Source: Phallusia mammillata
Taxonomy: Eukaryota
Direction of reading: 5' to 3'
Assembly (NCBI GenBank): GCA_965637545.1
Contig: OZ281499.1
Coordinates: forward strand, 15,996,001-16,060,000
Length of the DNA: 64,000 bases
Position 1 is the stretch's first letter. Each line of letters opens with the position of its first letter. Under the pieces are notes generated by a model, which was given only the letters and a program-made list of their open reading frames with translations, did no database searches and was not told where the DNA came from. The translations under genes were made by a program, and so were the position numbers. Shown here in pieces: positions 48,417 to 60,040 of the stretch.

Positions 48417-51400
48417 TTATAGGTCAATTTTTGGAAACATTTGTGGCAAGGAGGACAATTCTAAGTAACTTGAACTTTCGAAGTTGCACTTTGAACTTGG
48501 ACGAAAAAAGGTATTTACAGTGGACGCTTCTGGAATATCTGCACAGGGAGAAGATGGTTCTAAAGGCCAGGCTGTATTTGTGGTGCGCTGGGGACTATTG
48601 GTACGCGATAAGTCTTTCTGTCCGATTTTTATTTCGGTCGGGTGTGACTGATGGCGTATTTGGTTGCTTTTTCGCTGGTGCCAGCCATGCATATTGTGCT
48701 CAAGGTTTAGAACGTCTAATGGCGAAGGTGGTGGCGACTCATCAGAAAACGAAGACCAATCAAGTGGATAACCTGAGTCAGCTGACCTGCATGAATCAGA
48801 TCTGTTTCTGACTGGTTCAACACGCCCAGTGATGCGGGAACAACAGCGCGAACAACAACCGCTGCGTCTTTGACAGTAATGGTGATCTCTTCCTGTGTGA
48901 TACTGCACTGCTGGTAATGGGTTTGCTGCGCCGTGTTGGTGCTCGATGTGCAAAGGTGTGTTAAAAATGCTTTCATAACCAAATGAATGCACTCTTCTTC
49001 GACGATGCATGCGCCTTTGATACAGTGATGAACGTTTTGGCCTGCTGGTTGCCGTCGTTTCAGCCTTCGCCACGTATGTGCTGACGAAATGAGAACTATC
49101 AGCACTCTCAGTGGAGTTGGATCTGTTTAACGGAACTCTTTTCGCGTGTTTTAGTGTCCCAGCCATTTCGGCTTGCGGATGGGTTTGCGGACTGTACGTT
49201 GGATTTTCGACTTCGTACTGCGATGCTCTGCATCGCTTCTTGACGTACTTGGTCGTCATGGCAGCTGGCCCGTCAAGGAATACATCGTCAAGAGATGAGC
49301 TTGGCGACGTATGCAGGTTACCAAGACACACAGTTGGTTTGTCTTCTACGCATGTCTCAAGCACTGTGGTTCTACAAGCTCTCATCTGTAAGCTACGGGC
49401 AAGTTCATGTTCAATGGTGGTGTATTCAGAGGTGTGAAAGTTGTAGTTTGATGGCCGTGCATCATTCTCTCGGTAGATGGCGTGCTCGTGCGCTTTTTCA
49501 ATCTCAGCATCTTGAGTGAATGGCGAACATGATTCAAAACTATTTGCTCGGTGTACATCTACTTTGTGTATGTTGACCATAGAAACATCGGGGGATATAT
49601 CGCGCTCAGGCGCCGGGTAGTGACTTGACCCCTCACTGGCTGCGTTACGGATGTACATAAAGTCATTTAGTGAAGAAGTATCTGCTCTTGACATATCGGG
49701 TACTACTGGTCGCGGACATTCCGTGTCTGAGAGTGAAGCAATAGCAACCATGCTGTCTTTGTCTTCTTCACTATCTGAAAATTTGGGCACCAAGCATTAA
49801 CAAAAAACACGAAGATTCGCTTGGTCAAACAACTGATTTTTTTATGTAGACCTTAAAGCAAAACTGGATAAAGTGACGATTTGCCACATATGTCGTTTCA
49901 TAGTGGTTGTATTTTAGCTGCCTGAATTCCTTAAAGCAGGGATGTGATTTTTTACCTGTGTCGTTTGCAGAAGATGTGCTTCTGACGGGAAGAAACGCTT
50001 CAACGCATTCCGATGCGTTTGAGTGGTCAGTAATCTCATCCAACCTTGACATGGTAGGGTTCGATGTTTCACCAAAGTTTTTGTCAAATTCTTGCAGGAT
50101 TTCAGCCTGTTTTGTTTTGCAAGATGAACAGTTAAACGCGAAAAAACTTGGAAGATTTGGAGATTGCTTTTTCGTTTCAATTGTTTCAAAATTACATCGA
50201 TCAAAAAAGATTAAAAACCAGTTTATAAGAACTCTTGAGATATTATTGAAAAATTTTCAGAAGTCTATCCGCTTTAAACAATTTTATTTGCATTGGCTTT
50301 AAATGTAGCCAACACGTTTTCAGGTCTTTCTTTTTAGGCCTACAAAGTTACCAGTTTTTCTGGTAGATCCATTTCTTTTTTAAAGAAGTTGTCGTACGCC
50401 CGCTTTAACTTGTAAATGGCGATGCACACAACCAGCAGGCCCAATGTTAAGGTCACAGCAAGAATGATGGGCGACTTTTCAGTTTGTTCTTTGATGAAAT
50501 CTGAAGTCAAGAAACATTCTATATCAGTGGTTCTTAACCTTTTTATAACGGCCGAACCCCTACGATATTCTTCAGCCTTTGGTCGAACCCCAAGTTACAT
50601 CCTAAGTTTTTAACCCATTTTGTTTGGTGGGTCATAATTAGTTTTTGTTTAAACGTAGTGGCAACAGTTACTGTTTGTCATTTTGTTAAATTCTGATATA
50701 ATACAAGCAACTTGTTTCAGGATTGCTTCAATTCCGGCAATTTTTAGTTTTTACCAAAATGAAGCATTGTATTTTTAGCATCTGTACACTAACATGAAAA
50801 AGATGAAGTAATAAGTTTTTGCTGCCAACAAAATTTCGTTGTTTTTCTGCTTACGAACAACGCGAACAATGCTCTTTGTTACGTCAAAAAAAGAAAAGAA
50901 AACCTTAGTGCAGGGTTGCACAACCATTTTGCTAGGACGGCCGCGTCGCAGATTCTTATTTTACCAACGGCTGCCATTTACCTGCTTATTTTTGGTTTAA
51001 AATACTTGGTTTATATCATGTATTTACCATCTAATAGCGCCCCAAAAGCCCAGATTAATTTCTAGCTCGGTGCATAGATTGAGCTGCACAGCGAGGAGAT
51101 CAGTCTTAAGTGTTTATGATGTCACAATCTACATTGTGATGCTTGTGGTACCTGTTTTGTTCGCATGCATTGTTGGCACACAATAGGCGTACAAAAAGTC
51201 TGACACATATGGTTATTAGGCTGGTAATACTCTTTTTAGTTCCACAAAAACTGTTTAGAGCAGTTTAAAACACCCCTGCCTAAGTTTAACCTTCCAGTGT
51301 TTTGATATTGAGCAAATACAAATTGCTGTTTTTAGCGACTATAGACCCTAAGGCAGGGGTTCTTAACCTGGGGTGCACGCACCCCCAAGGGGTGCGAGAA

Positions 51401-54400
51401 CTGTTCCTAGGGGGTGCGGGGATGCTGAATCATTAAGGTTGGTTAGGTCTATTCTATTTAAGCAATTACAGAAGGGGGAGCGAAAATTGGTTAGTGATTG
51501 GAAAGGGGTGCAGCAAGGAAAAAAGGTTAAGAACCACTGCCCTAAGGCCTAAAGTGTGACAAAAACGAGTATTTGTATTGTACTTCAAAAAGACCTTCGT
51601 CGAACCCCTGATTCGGCGTTGCCGAACCCCTGGGGTTCGATCGAACACCGGTTAAGAACCACTGTTCTATAGTGTTAAGGTGATGTGCCGAAAGACCTTT
51701 TTGTTTTCCGGTGGTACAATTTCCCCTTAAGCCTATTAAACTTCGAAAAGTACAAAAACAAAGACTCAGAGTTGTTTCCATTTGAAACAACCGTACGCCG
51801 ATCCCAAAACTTCCCAACACATAGTAAACCGCCAAACAACCAATATATACCTGCAATATCAGGGCTTGGCTGCACAGTTTTGCAGACTTCTCTCCATTCG
51901 CTTTCGTAGGAGTAGGTTTCTTCGGTGATTCGCAACTTCACGCACATGTGAGCGTTATGAATCGGTTTCTCAAACAACGGCAATGTAATCAAAGTCATAT
52001 CGAAACTTTGCTTGTTCTCCTGAAGTAACAAGGTATTTTGTTAAACTTGTGTAGGCTACGTGTAAATTGCTGGGTGGTCAATTTTAGAACTTGTGCAAAA
52101 TATGCTTCACTTTTCTTTGCGAGCTTCGCACATGTTCCTTAATCAATCGAATTTCAATGACGGCTTGTTTTTGGTTTTATTCGGTTTCGCAAGGACCTCC
52201 AACAAATTGTGCTCTTTTTGAGAGGATTTTAAACACGTAATTTTTCTTTAAAGACAAGGTTTGCTTCATGTGCTCTTGTTAAATACTTGAAAACTTCTTG
52301 GGCCTGGCATCACCAACTTTCGGACCCGATTCTGGCTTTTTTCAAAAAAAAAAAAACGCTATAAAACATTATGTTGGGAATGTTAGAATTAAATGCAACT
52401 TCGATACGTAATATAGGCCACCAAGATAATTTCAATTTCAAAAATTGTTGAGCAAATTCTTACCCTTGGAGTTTGATTCGAGTCATTTGTGGACCAGTAT
52501 CTGATCATATAATACAAGGCCTCTCCGTAGTAACAATTTAGTGATTTGTTGATCGGCAAAACCTGATGAGGTTTGTTCATGATCCGAAGTTGCGTTTCAG
52601 AAAATACTCCGATAATGTCGAAGCTTGGCGGGAGTATCTTGTCTGTGGAAGACATTATGTTTACTAGTGCGATAGCACCATGGTGTTTATCGCAGTTAGC
52701 CGGCATTCGTGACACAGGACAACGCAATCAGTTGGATTGTTTTCCTCATGTTTAACGAGATTTAAAGCGTTTGCAGGCCTCTTGTATAGGTCTGTACCTG
52801 CTGGTGATTCGAAAAAAGGTGACTGTTTGGTTTTTTTCTTATAAAAGGAGGACATGTGAAAAGGTTTAAAAACGATCGTTAAGCCCTTGAAAGTTGCTTT
52901 TTTGGACATTTCAACAAACGTATTTTTGATGCACTTGGAAAGGTAAACTAAATCAACAACTACTAAATGTATCAAGAAAATGAAAGCCTGGCTTAAATCA
53001 CCTGGTAACTGCAAAGGAGTAGTTGTTTTCTCCCAATCGCTGCATATCTTCTTCTGATATTCCAAGCAACTCCGCACACGAAAATGGAACTTTCCTTCGT
53101 TTGTGTAATCGGGACATTCCTTGTCAAATATATCGTGGATAGGCTCGTACACATGACATGATGATTCCTTAGTCGGGTGACAGTTGTTGACCGCTATCCA
53201 GTCGTTACTTTCTATGATCAAGCTAAACAACAGATTCGAATCTAATTTAAGCACAAATAGGAGATTTTCAATAAATATATTCGTTGGGATTTAACTGGTT
53301 AAAAATATTTTTGTTTCAAGCCAATAATGCCATGTACTTAGGTATAGTCCAAGCAGACTTGGACAAATAGATAATTATGGTTTGAGTCCAAGTCTAAGTC
53401 CTTGTTGTGGACAATTTACATCAAATTAACGGTTAAACTTGCTTGCACTAGACTAGAGCTATAAAACCTATGATATTCGGCAAAGCATTGCAAGTTTAAA
53501 TGAAATTGTGCTTTTCTATGACAGTCCAACCGTGTTTTGCAAAAAAAGCGTTAAAGTTGTAGTACATCAGTTGCAAAACGAGTCATGTAAACTTTGACTG
53601 AAATTAACCAAACCTATTTTTCGAAAAACTATTTTGGATGACTTACCCAAGGACTTCTACTTCAAAATAATTGTTGTAGTTATCTGTCGGTGGTTTCCAC
53701 CTGAGTGTGTGGTTTACGTTGCTGGAATGTGCTGTGACGTTACTCGGGCCAGGAATTCCTAGAAAAGTTACTTCGGGTTACTAACGGCTTAACGCCACAC
53801 ACGACATATGTCGTACCTGCTAATGAGCTTTGCACATCGTGACAATGCTGAATTCCATCAGGAAGTTGGAAACAAAATTTTGATGCGTTTGGTTTTCTTG
53901 TGTCTAATTGGTTAAGAAATATCACATGTTCTGCCACATCGATTTTGTGTTGGTAGATCTACAAAAAGCAGTAGAGTGCATGGTCTGTAATCTTTACTGA
54001 ATGATACGATTCAGTTAGCGGTCGTACTAACCCTAAGTGGTAGTGTCAAATCATGACCTTTGTACAAAAAGGACTAAGCTTTACTTTAAAAAAAAACTTT
54101 GCGTGCTTACCACTAATTTTTCAGAGTTGGAATGAGTCCACCAATACTGAATGTCTGTGTACTGACAAGGCAGCTTGGAACAATAAAGTACGGCATTCGT
54201 TTGTTGGTAAAATCCAAGAAATCGAACTGGCTCTTGTGCTGCAACAGACAAGGCACTATTTAGGGTCAATCACAAACGTCTCCTGCCTGTCAAAGTCACA
54301 ACAAATATTCCATCGAATTTTAGGCGTATCAATTCTCGGTAATAGTTGCATATAATATAAACATTTTTCGTGCAATTCAAATGTACGGTTGGTACTTTGT

Positions 54401-57358
54401 GCTTCAAACCACCATACCAAAATATGATTGGCGATGGGTGCAGAACAATCGAGCAAATCATGCAATAAGGGTCTTTACAATTGGTGACATTTAGGTTTAA
54501 CCAATCTCTACTGGAACAGGACTGGAGTTTAAAATTGATCCGCTCACCAACATTCATTCCAATGTGTGTTATTTTGTGGCAATGCCAGCCAGATTTTGTT
54601 GGCGCACTGGATTTCGAAATTGAATGTGGTAACAGACCATTCCACTTCAAATACTAACCATCCCAGCAATTCAGTTGTAATTTACCAAAAGTGTGGTAAT
54701 GAACTGTGCAACAAATGGCCTTTGAGCATATTCCTGAGTGAAGCAGCTTTCGGATGTAACTAAATGCAAATAACGTGTTGTGCACCATGTAAGACGCTAC
54801 TTGATCTGAAGGCGCAGTCGCCCGGCAAGTTTTCCTTATTCCGCGCCATTTCAACTGACGAGGCTCGATAAGGGTCCAATTGAGAGGAACCCCGTTCACA
54901 ATACGAGCCTATTTCCCTTGTCAAAACTGTCGCAAGGCCGGAGAAATTCCAGATTGACTTGCGGTCATATTTCTGTTCAGTGCAGAAGTTTGGGCGACCA
55001 TTGTTTTGAATTTGATTCAGTGGACGGAGGCGCTAAACGTGCAACATGACGCTCTAATGACTTGTTTCGCAACAACTAGCCCTGATAGCACATCTGATTG
55101 CCCCAGAAGCTTGTGACAAGCCTTACAAGAGCTGACGTTTTACAAGCAATTGGTAGAGATTTTATTAGGGTTTAGGTTTTAGCAGTTTTTGACGCTACTG
55201 GTTTCATATTCGGCCATGGTTGTGCCTATGTTTAGCCAATTTATGTTGGTAAAACTTAATATTAACAAGGCTGTTGACCTTTAATACAGTTTGCCAATGG
55301 CCTGCGGATCTTATTTCATTGTCTGAACCCTTGACATGTTACGAGATAATCTGAACTGTGGACGGATTTTAAAAGTAAACTTGCCATTAAAAAATACCAA
55401 GAAGAAGAAATGACACACAGTGTTTGTATAATATTAATACCAGGATGCTAAACACAGGTTCTTTGGATGTTTGTGTGTATGTTTGAAAGTGTGGACAAAT
55501 GTGAGATAAACCCAAGTTGAACTAAGTTGCACCAATAACACTTCTGAATTCGGAATGATATTTGTTAACTGTATATAGCACAGATATAGCCTAATTACAA
55601 AACCGTGCGACAAACAGTAAGAATCTTTACATGCACTTGGCCAAATGGAACTTTAACTCACAAACAAACATTACAAAACCGACTTCTTGCTGGTGACGAT
55701 CCTAAATTTGATTCTCGTGAAAAAAACTTCAAATATGTTGAAGGATATGATAAACGTAATACTCAATTTCTAACTCTATAAAAGTTTATTTTTGTAACGT
55801 AAAAAACGGGGAAGAGAAATGTACAGCCTAGTTCTTGCAAACCTTAGCAGTTGATTCTTTCTAAGAGACGCGCCAAGGAGAATGGGCGCTGTTGTGGCGA
55901 TTTTATTCGATACATAGACCATAGAGCATCATGCAAGAATATGAGTGTCCTGCAAACCCGTATAAGAAGAATCGTTTGCGTGAAAATACCGTAAGGCGTT
56001 AACCGAAGTTGTCAATCTAAATCCCGTAAAACGGATGGGATCAAAATAGACGACACAATGGGAGTCATTCTGAGTTAGGGCAGTAAGGGCTGTTATGAAA
56101 CTATAAATCCATTCCATACGCCCAAAGAGAGACTAGACATCAATGGTTAAACTGTATCAAGAGAGCAAAAAATTCATGACCATGCGCTTAACATTCAGAA
56201 CACATTCGTTCAGAAATCAAGTTGAAAACCGTGCGACACAACAATAAACCAAGTAGCTCTTGTAGCGATGTCTTACAATACAGTTGTACAAAATATAACG
56301 GGCAAATACTGTTTTATAATCGCCAGAAGCCTCAATCCGTTTGCATCACGAGTAACGAGTAAAAGTTCATAGAAAGTAGGATTGTGGTGGGAGCCTAAGT
56401 AAAACATCGTGTCAAGATATAAGGACAAAAACTGGAATATTTTCCAATCTAAATTGTGATTTCTCATCAAACTTGGTGTGAAATACGATTCTAACGCTAA
56501 TAAACAAGTGTGATTGTGTAAAAAGTTTCTTCGACAATATTACTTAGGCAGTCCATGTTTTTGGATGTAATAGTGTTTTGTACACGTATATGCTGGGATT
56601 GCCACGTTACTATAATCATAACAATGGATGCCAACATATACCTCAGCACAAAGGAAGTCAGATGCTTCCTGGCTAAATAACAATGCCTTGTACTCATTAG
56701 GTATTGGTTGTATTTCTAACAATATGTGTATCATCTATTAATCAAAGATAAACTTACAAGCGCTCGAATGCACTTAAGTAATGTAAAATATAATTTGCAA
56801 ACGTTTTGCATGCCCCCTCCTTTAAACAAATCTAGTTTTATACACTTCAAAAAACAGTAACGCTTCTGAATCACTTGTGTGTGGTAAATTTTGACAATTA
56901 TGTTACTATGCCGTTTTTAAATATAACTTTTATATATGCCGTGTTTTAATATTATTTTGGATGGTCAGTAAACTCCATACATTTTGACATTGAAAGTATC
57001 GCTTGCGTATCTTTTTAAAACTACCATTCTGCGCTGGTTTATTGTACATAAAGGTCCGGAAAAAATAAACTTAAAAAAAACGCCAATACCCAACATTCTC
57101 ATGCACCATAGCTCTAATAACAAGGGGCCAATACTATAAAAAGCGTTAATACTTTCCGGTTCTAAATTTAGCTGGTATTTCCAGCGCTTTGAAGGACGAC
57201 GCCATGATCGTATTGGTTGTAGTGCCTGAAGTTTATGCAATAGAAACGATATAGTTCATTAACTTACTTTCTAGGGATGTTTCAAGATCGTCAGAAGTAA
57301 CAACATTGATGAAAATTCCGGATAGCAAAGCGATGCGAAGAAAATATAATCCAAGCAT
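48417..57358 (-). CDS. Class II helical cytokine receptor-like protein (IFN/IL-10 receptor/tissue factor family): signal, Ig-like domain, two FN3 domains, TM, long cytoplasmic tail; at least 899 aa
   Basis: Exons 57358-57268 (signal MLGLYFLRIALLSGIFINVVTS), 54238-54111, 53958-53817, 53758-53647, 53222-53002, 52642-52464, 52019-51851, 50500-50352, 50106-49956 (weak acceptor), 49774-48417; 2700 nt in frame. D1: PGPSNVTAHSSNVNHTLRWKPP, W..VNNCHPTKESSC, FHFRVRS..SDW. D2: KILPPSF, MCVKLR..ESEWREVC. TM IILAVTLTLGLLVVCIAIY. No WSxWS. Extra exons between 57268 and 54238 are possible. Confidence 0.82.
50911..51278. mobile_element. Probable nested hAT MITE
   Basis: Ends CAGGGTTGCACAACC and AACACCCCTG; flanks CCTTAGTG / CCTAAGTT (6 of 8 match). 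The segment is absent from the related copy at 59691-60040. Confidence 0.55.
51354..51539. mobile_element. Nested hAT MITE (186 bp)
   Basis: TIRs CAGGGGTTCTTAACC / GGTTAAGAACCACTG; perfect TSD CCCTAAGG at 51346-51353 and 51540-51547. Confidence 0.92.
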
Positions 57359-57500
57359 CGGGTTGATGTAGTTTGTTAAATTAAGCAGTAAAAACGCGCT
57401 GTACTCTGTAAATATTAAAGTAATATTTTATTTTCAGAAAGTTATATTATTTCCATGCGGGGATGACCAAATTATACTAAACTTTGTTATGCACTGTATG

Positions 57501-57680
57501 CAATGGTGGGATTCAGCCGGTTCGCACCGGTTCTATAGAACCGTCTCACGAAATTTTATGAGATCAGCCAACATGTTAGCATTACTAGTTACTGTCAATG
57601 GACGTTTTGTACCAGATCCAGCTGAAAAATATGATTTTTGTGATAGAACCGGCTGACAAAAAAATTGAATCCCACCACTG
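57501..57680. mobile_element. hAT MITE (180 bp) just upstream of the cytokine receptor-like ATG
   Basis: TIRs CAATGGTGGGATTCA / TGAATCCCACCACTG; perfect TSD ACTGTATG at 57493-57500 and 57681-57688. Confidence 0.92.
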
Positions 57681-59690
57681 ACTGTATGCCTTATCAGATC
57701 TTAAGCAAAACCTCATTAGAGCAACTATTAGTCGCTGTTTTTTTCCTTCGTATTTCGACAAACGTCTTTCACTTTTGGCGGTTTGCTCCAACAACTGTTA
57801 ATTGGAAACTTCCTAATTGTTAAGACCGTGCACGGATACAGCTTGTTATTACACTTTGTTTTTTCTTGTACTTTACAAGACGGGAGTTATAATATCCTGC
57901 AACGCTTGTGGTCTATACACCCTAATTCTGTTCGATTATAAAGTACTGCACTTGTTTATCACATGTTTTTCCTCATCCCGACTATACACTGCGGCAACTA
58001 GGATTAGGAATTTTTTTAAATGTTCACAATTTATATACTTTTCGCGCCATTGGAATGCTTTTAGTATGGCTTTAAGATATAAAACTAGTATGGAAGCGAA
58101 ACGGACCACACACGAAAAATGTTATCAAATGTCAAAATTCCTCTTGTTATTTAGCCCGTGGTAAAGTATACGAAAGGCTACAAACAGTAGTTTTTAATCC
58201 TCAATATAACTTCAAACTTATAATTCTCAACATAGGTTCGTGACCTATGACAAAATTAGTTTGGGGTCAAATATATTTAATAAATCAAGCTGGTCTCAAA
58301 AACAGATTCGTTTTTTTCTCTCTCTTTTTTCTAGAACTGTCAAATCAATGTATTGTAACGTTGATTATTTGAAGATTGCCACAATACACAGTAGCATACA
58401 AGGCTATACTTACGCCAAGGTATGTTACAAGTTATAAAAAAACATGTTGTTACCTTACTACTTTGAATATGTATGTTACATATATCCTGCATGACCTTTG
58501 AACTTTCGTCTAACTCCCCACTTACCTTAATAAACAGATACCTAGTAAAATCGAAATGGCCAATTAACTAACAACCTGCACGGCGTGGCAGTCTGTCATA
58601 GCTATCTAACCACTCCATAAAGCAATTGTTTTACAGCTCAGAGGAAACCCTCGTCGACTTCATGCCAAAACGATTGTCGTAAAGCCGATGCAAACATCAG
58701 GGCCCTCTGCGATTTGCAGGCTGCAGAAGTTGAAACAGTGTGTTATCGACACTTGTTAAGCAGCCGGTTAACACGAAACTTGTACGTTTGGTTGCAAGAT
58801 TATCCGCTTGTAAGTTTGCGTACAATCTTCGCGCCCTCAATCAGTCAAACTTATTGGTTGTAAGGGGCTGGTTATGTGGATTGTAATGTATTGAAAAACG
58901 ACACCATCATCAAGTGTCTTTGCAACTGTTTTAAAGGCTTTTAAAACATACAAGCTTCAACTAATATGAAAATCTCATTTTCCCGTTTTTGACCGCATGC
59001 GGCAGTAGCGATAATAATTAAAAGTAGTGGTAGAGCGGTTTGGAATGATAACTGAAGTTTTCGTTGTTTTAATATGAACAGCGACTGTTAAAAACGCGCC
59101 TAACCCAACATAATGACTGAGTTTGCGTTCAAGATGAGACTTTTTGACTGAAAAAAATCCCTAAAATTGTGTAACCTTCTGTTTGTTTCACGAACCCGGT
59201 CATAATTAAGTTCAATCAAAAGTTACATGTTCTTGTTTCGACGGCAAATTTCTTTGTTTAGAGTTTCTAACTTCTTTGGACTTCAAGTTATTTTACTTGT
59301 TTGTCATGATTGTAATGCACAAGCTTTGGTGAAGGTTTCTGAAGAAAAACTTTTACAAACTTACATTTTTACTGGATGACACTTACATATTAATGTGATT
59401 TGTTTCAAAGTTTCTAATCCAACCCCATGCATATAGATAGAGGACCGAAATATTCAGGTTTACAGTTATACCTAATGTATCAAAACTGAGACGCAGGATT
59501 GAAGTGCACAAACGCATGAAACTTAAACAAACAGACCAAGCAACTATTCGTGTATTTAGATTTGGGATTCGTTCAGCCCGGGTACTTGAGATATGACGTC
59601 GGTACTTCGCACAATAAATGACAAGTGGACCACACCGTCAAGATCAATATACGTGTGGAAAATTAAACTTCGTGTGATATATAGCTATAT

Positions 59691-60040
59691 CAGTGGTTCT
59701 TAGCCGAAACCGCAGGATATTTTTCAGCTTTTGGTCGAACCCCTTTAAGTTACATCCTAGGTTTCAAACTCATTTTGTGCTTTTGACTTATACGTTTTTG
59801 CTGCCAACAAAGATTCGTTGTTTTGCTGCTTACAACCAACGCGCACAGTCTTCTTTGTTACGTCAAATATAACCTAGTTGCAACCTTCGAATGTTTTGCC
59901 ATCTAGCAAATAAAAATTGGCATCTTTAGCTACTATTTACCCTTATAGTTTGAATAAAACGTTTGCCGAGTATTTGTCTTTCAAAAGACCGTCGTTGAAC
60001 CCCTGAACCAGCGTCACCGAACCCAAGTTAAAAAACACAG
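59691..60040. mobile_element. Older copy of the hAT MITE family seen at 50525
   Basis: Starts CAGTGGTTCTTAGCC; shares internal blocks (GGTCGAACCCC..AAGTTACATCCTA, TTTTGCTGCCAACAAA, TTCAAAAGACC..GAACCCCTGA); decayed right TIR GTTAAAAAACACAG; flanks AGCTATAT / ATCTACAT. Confidence 0.75.

Larger units (their letters stand above)
50525..51664. mobile_element. hAT MITE carrying two nested MITE insertions, in the intron before the receptor TM exon
   Basis: TIRs CAGTGGTTCTTAACC / GGTTAAGAACCACTG; TSD TTCTATAT / TTCTATAG. Same family as 59691-60040. Confidence 0.85.
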
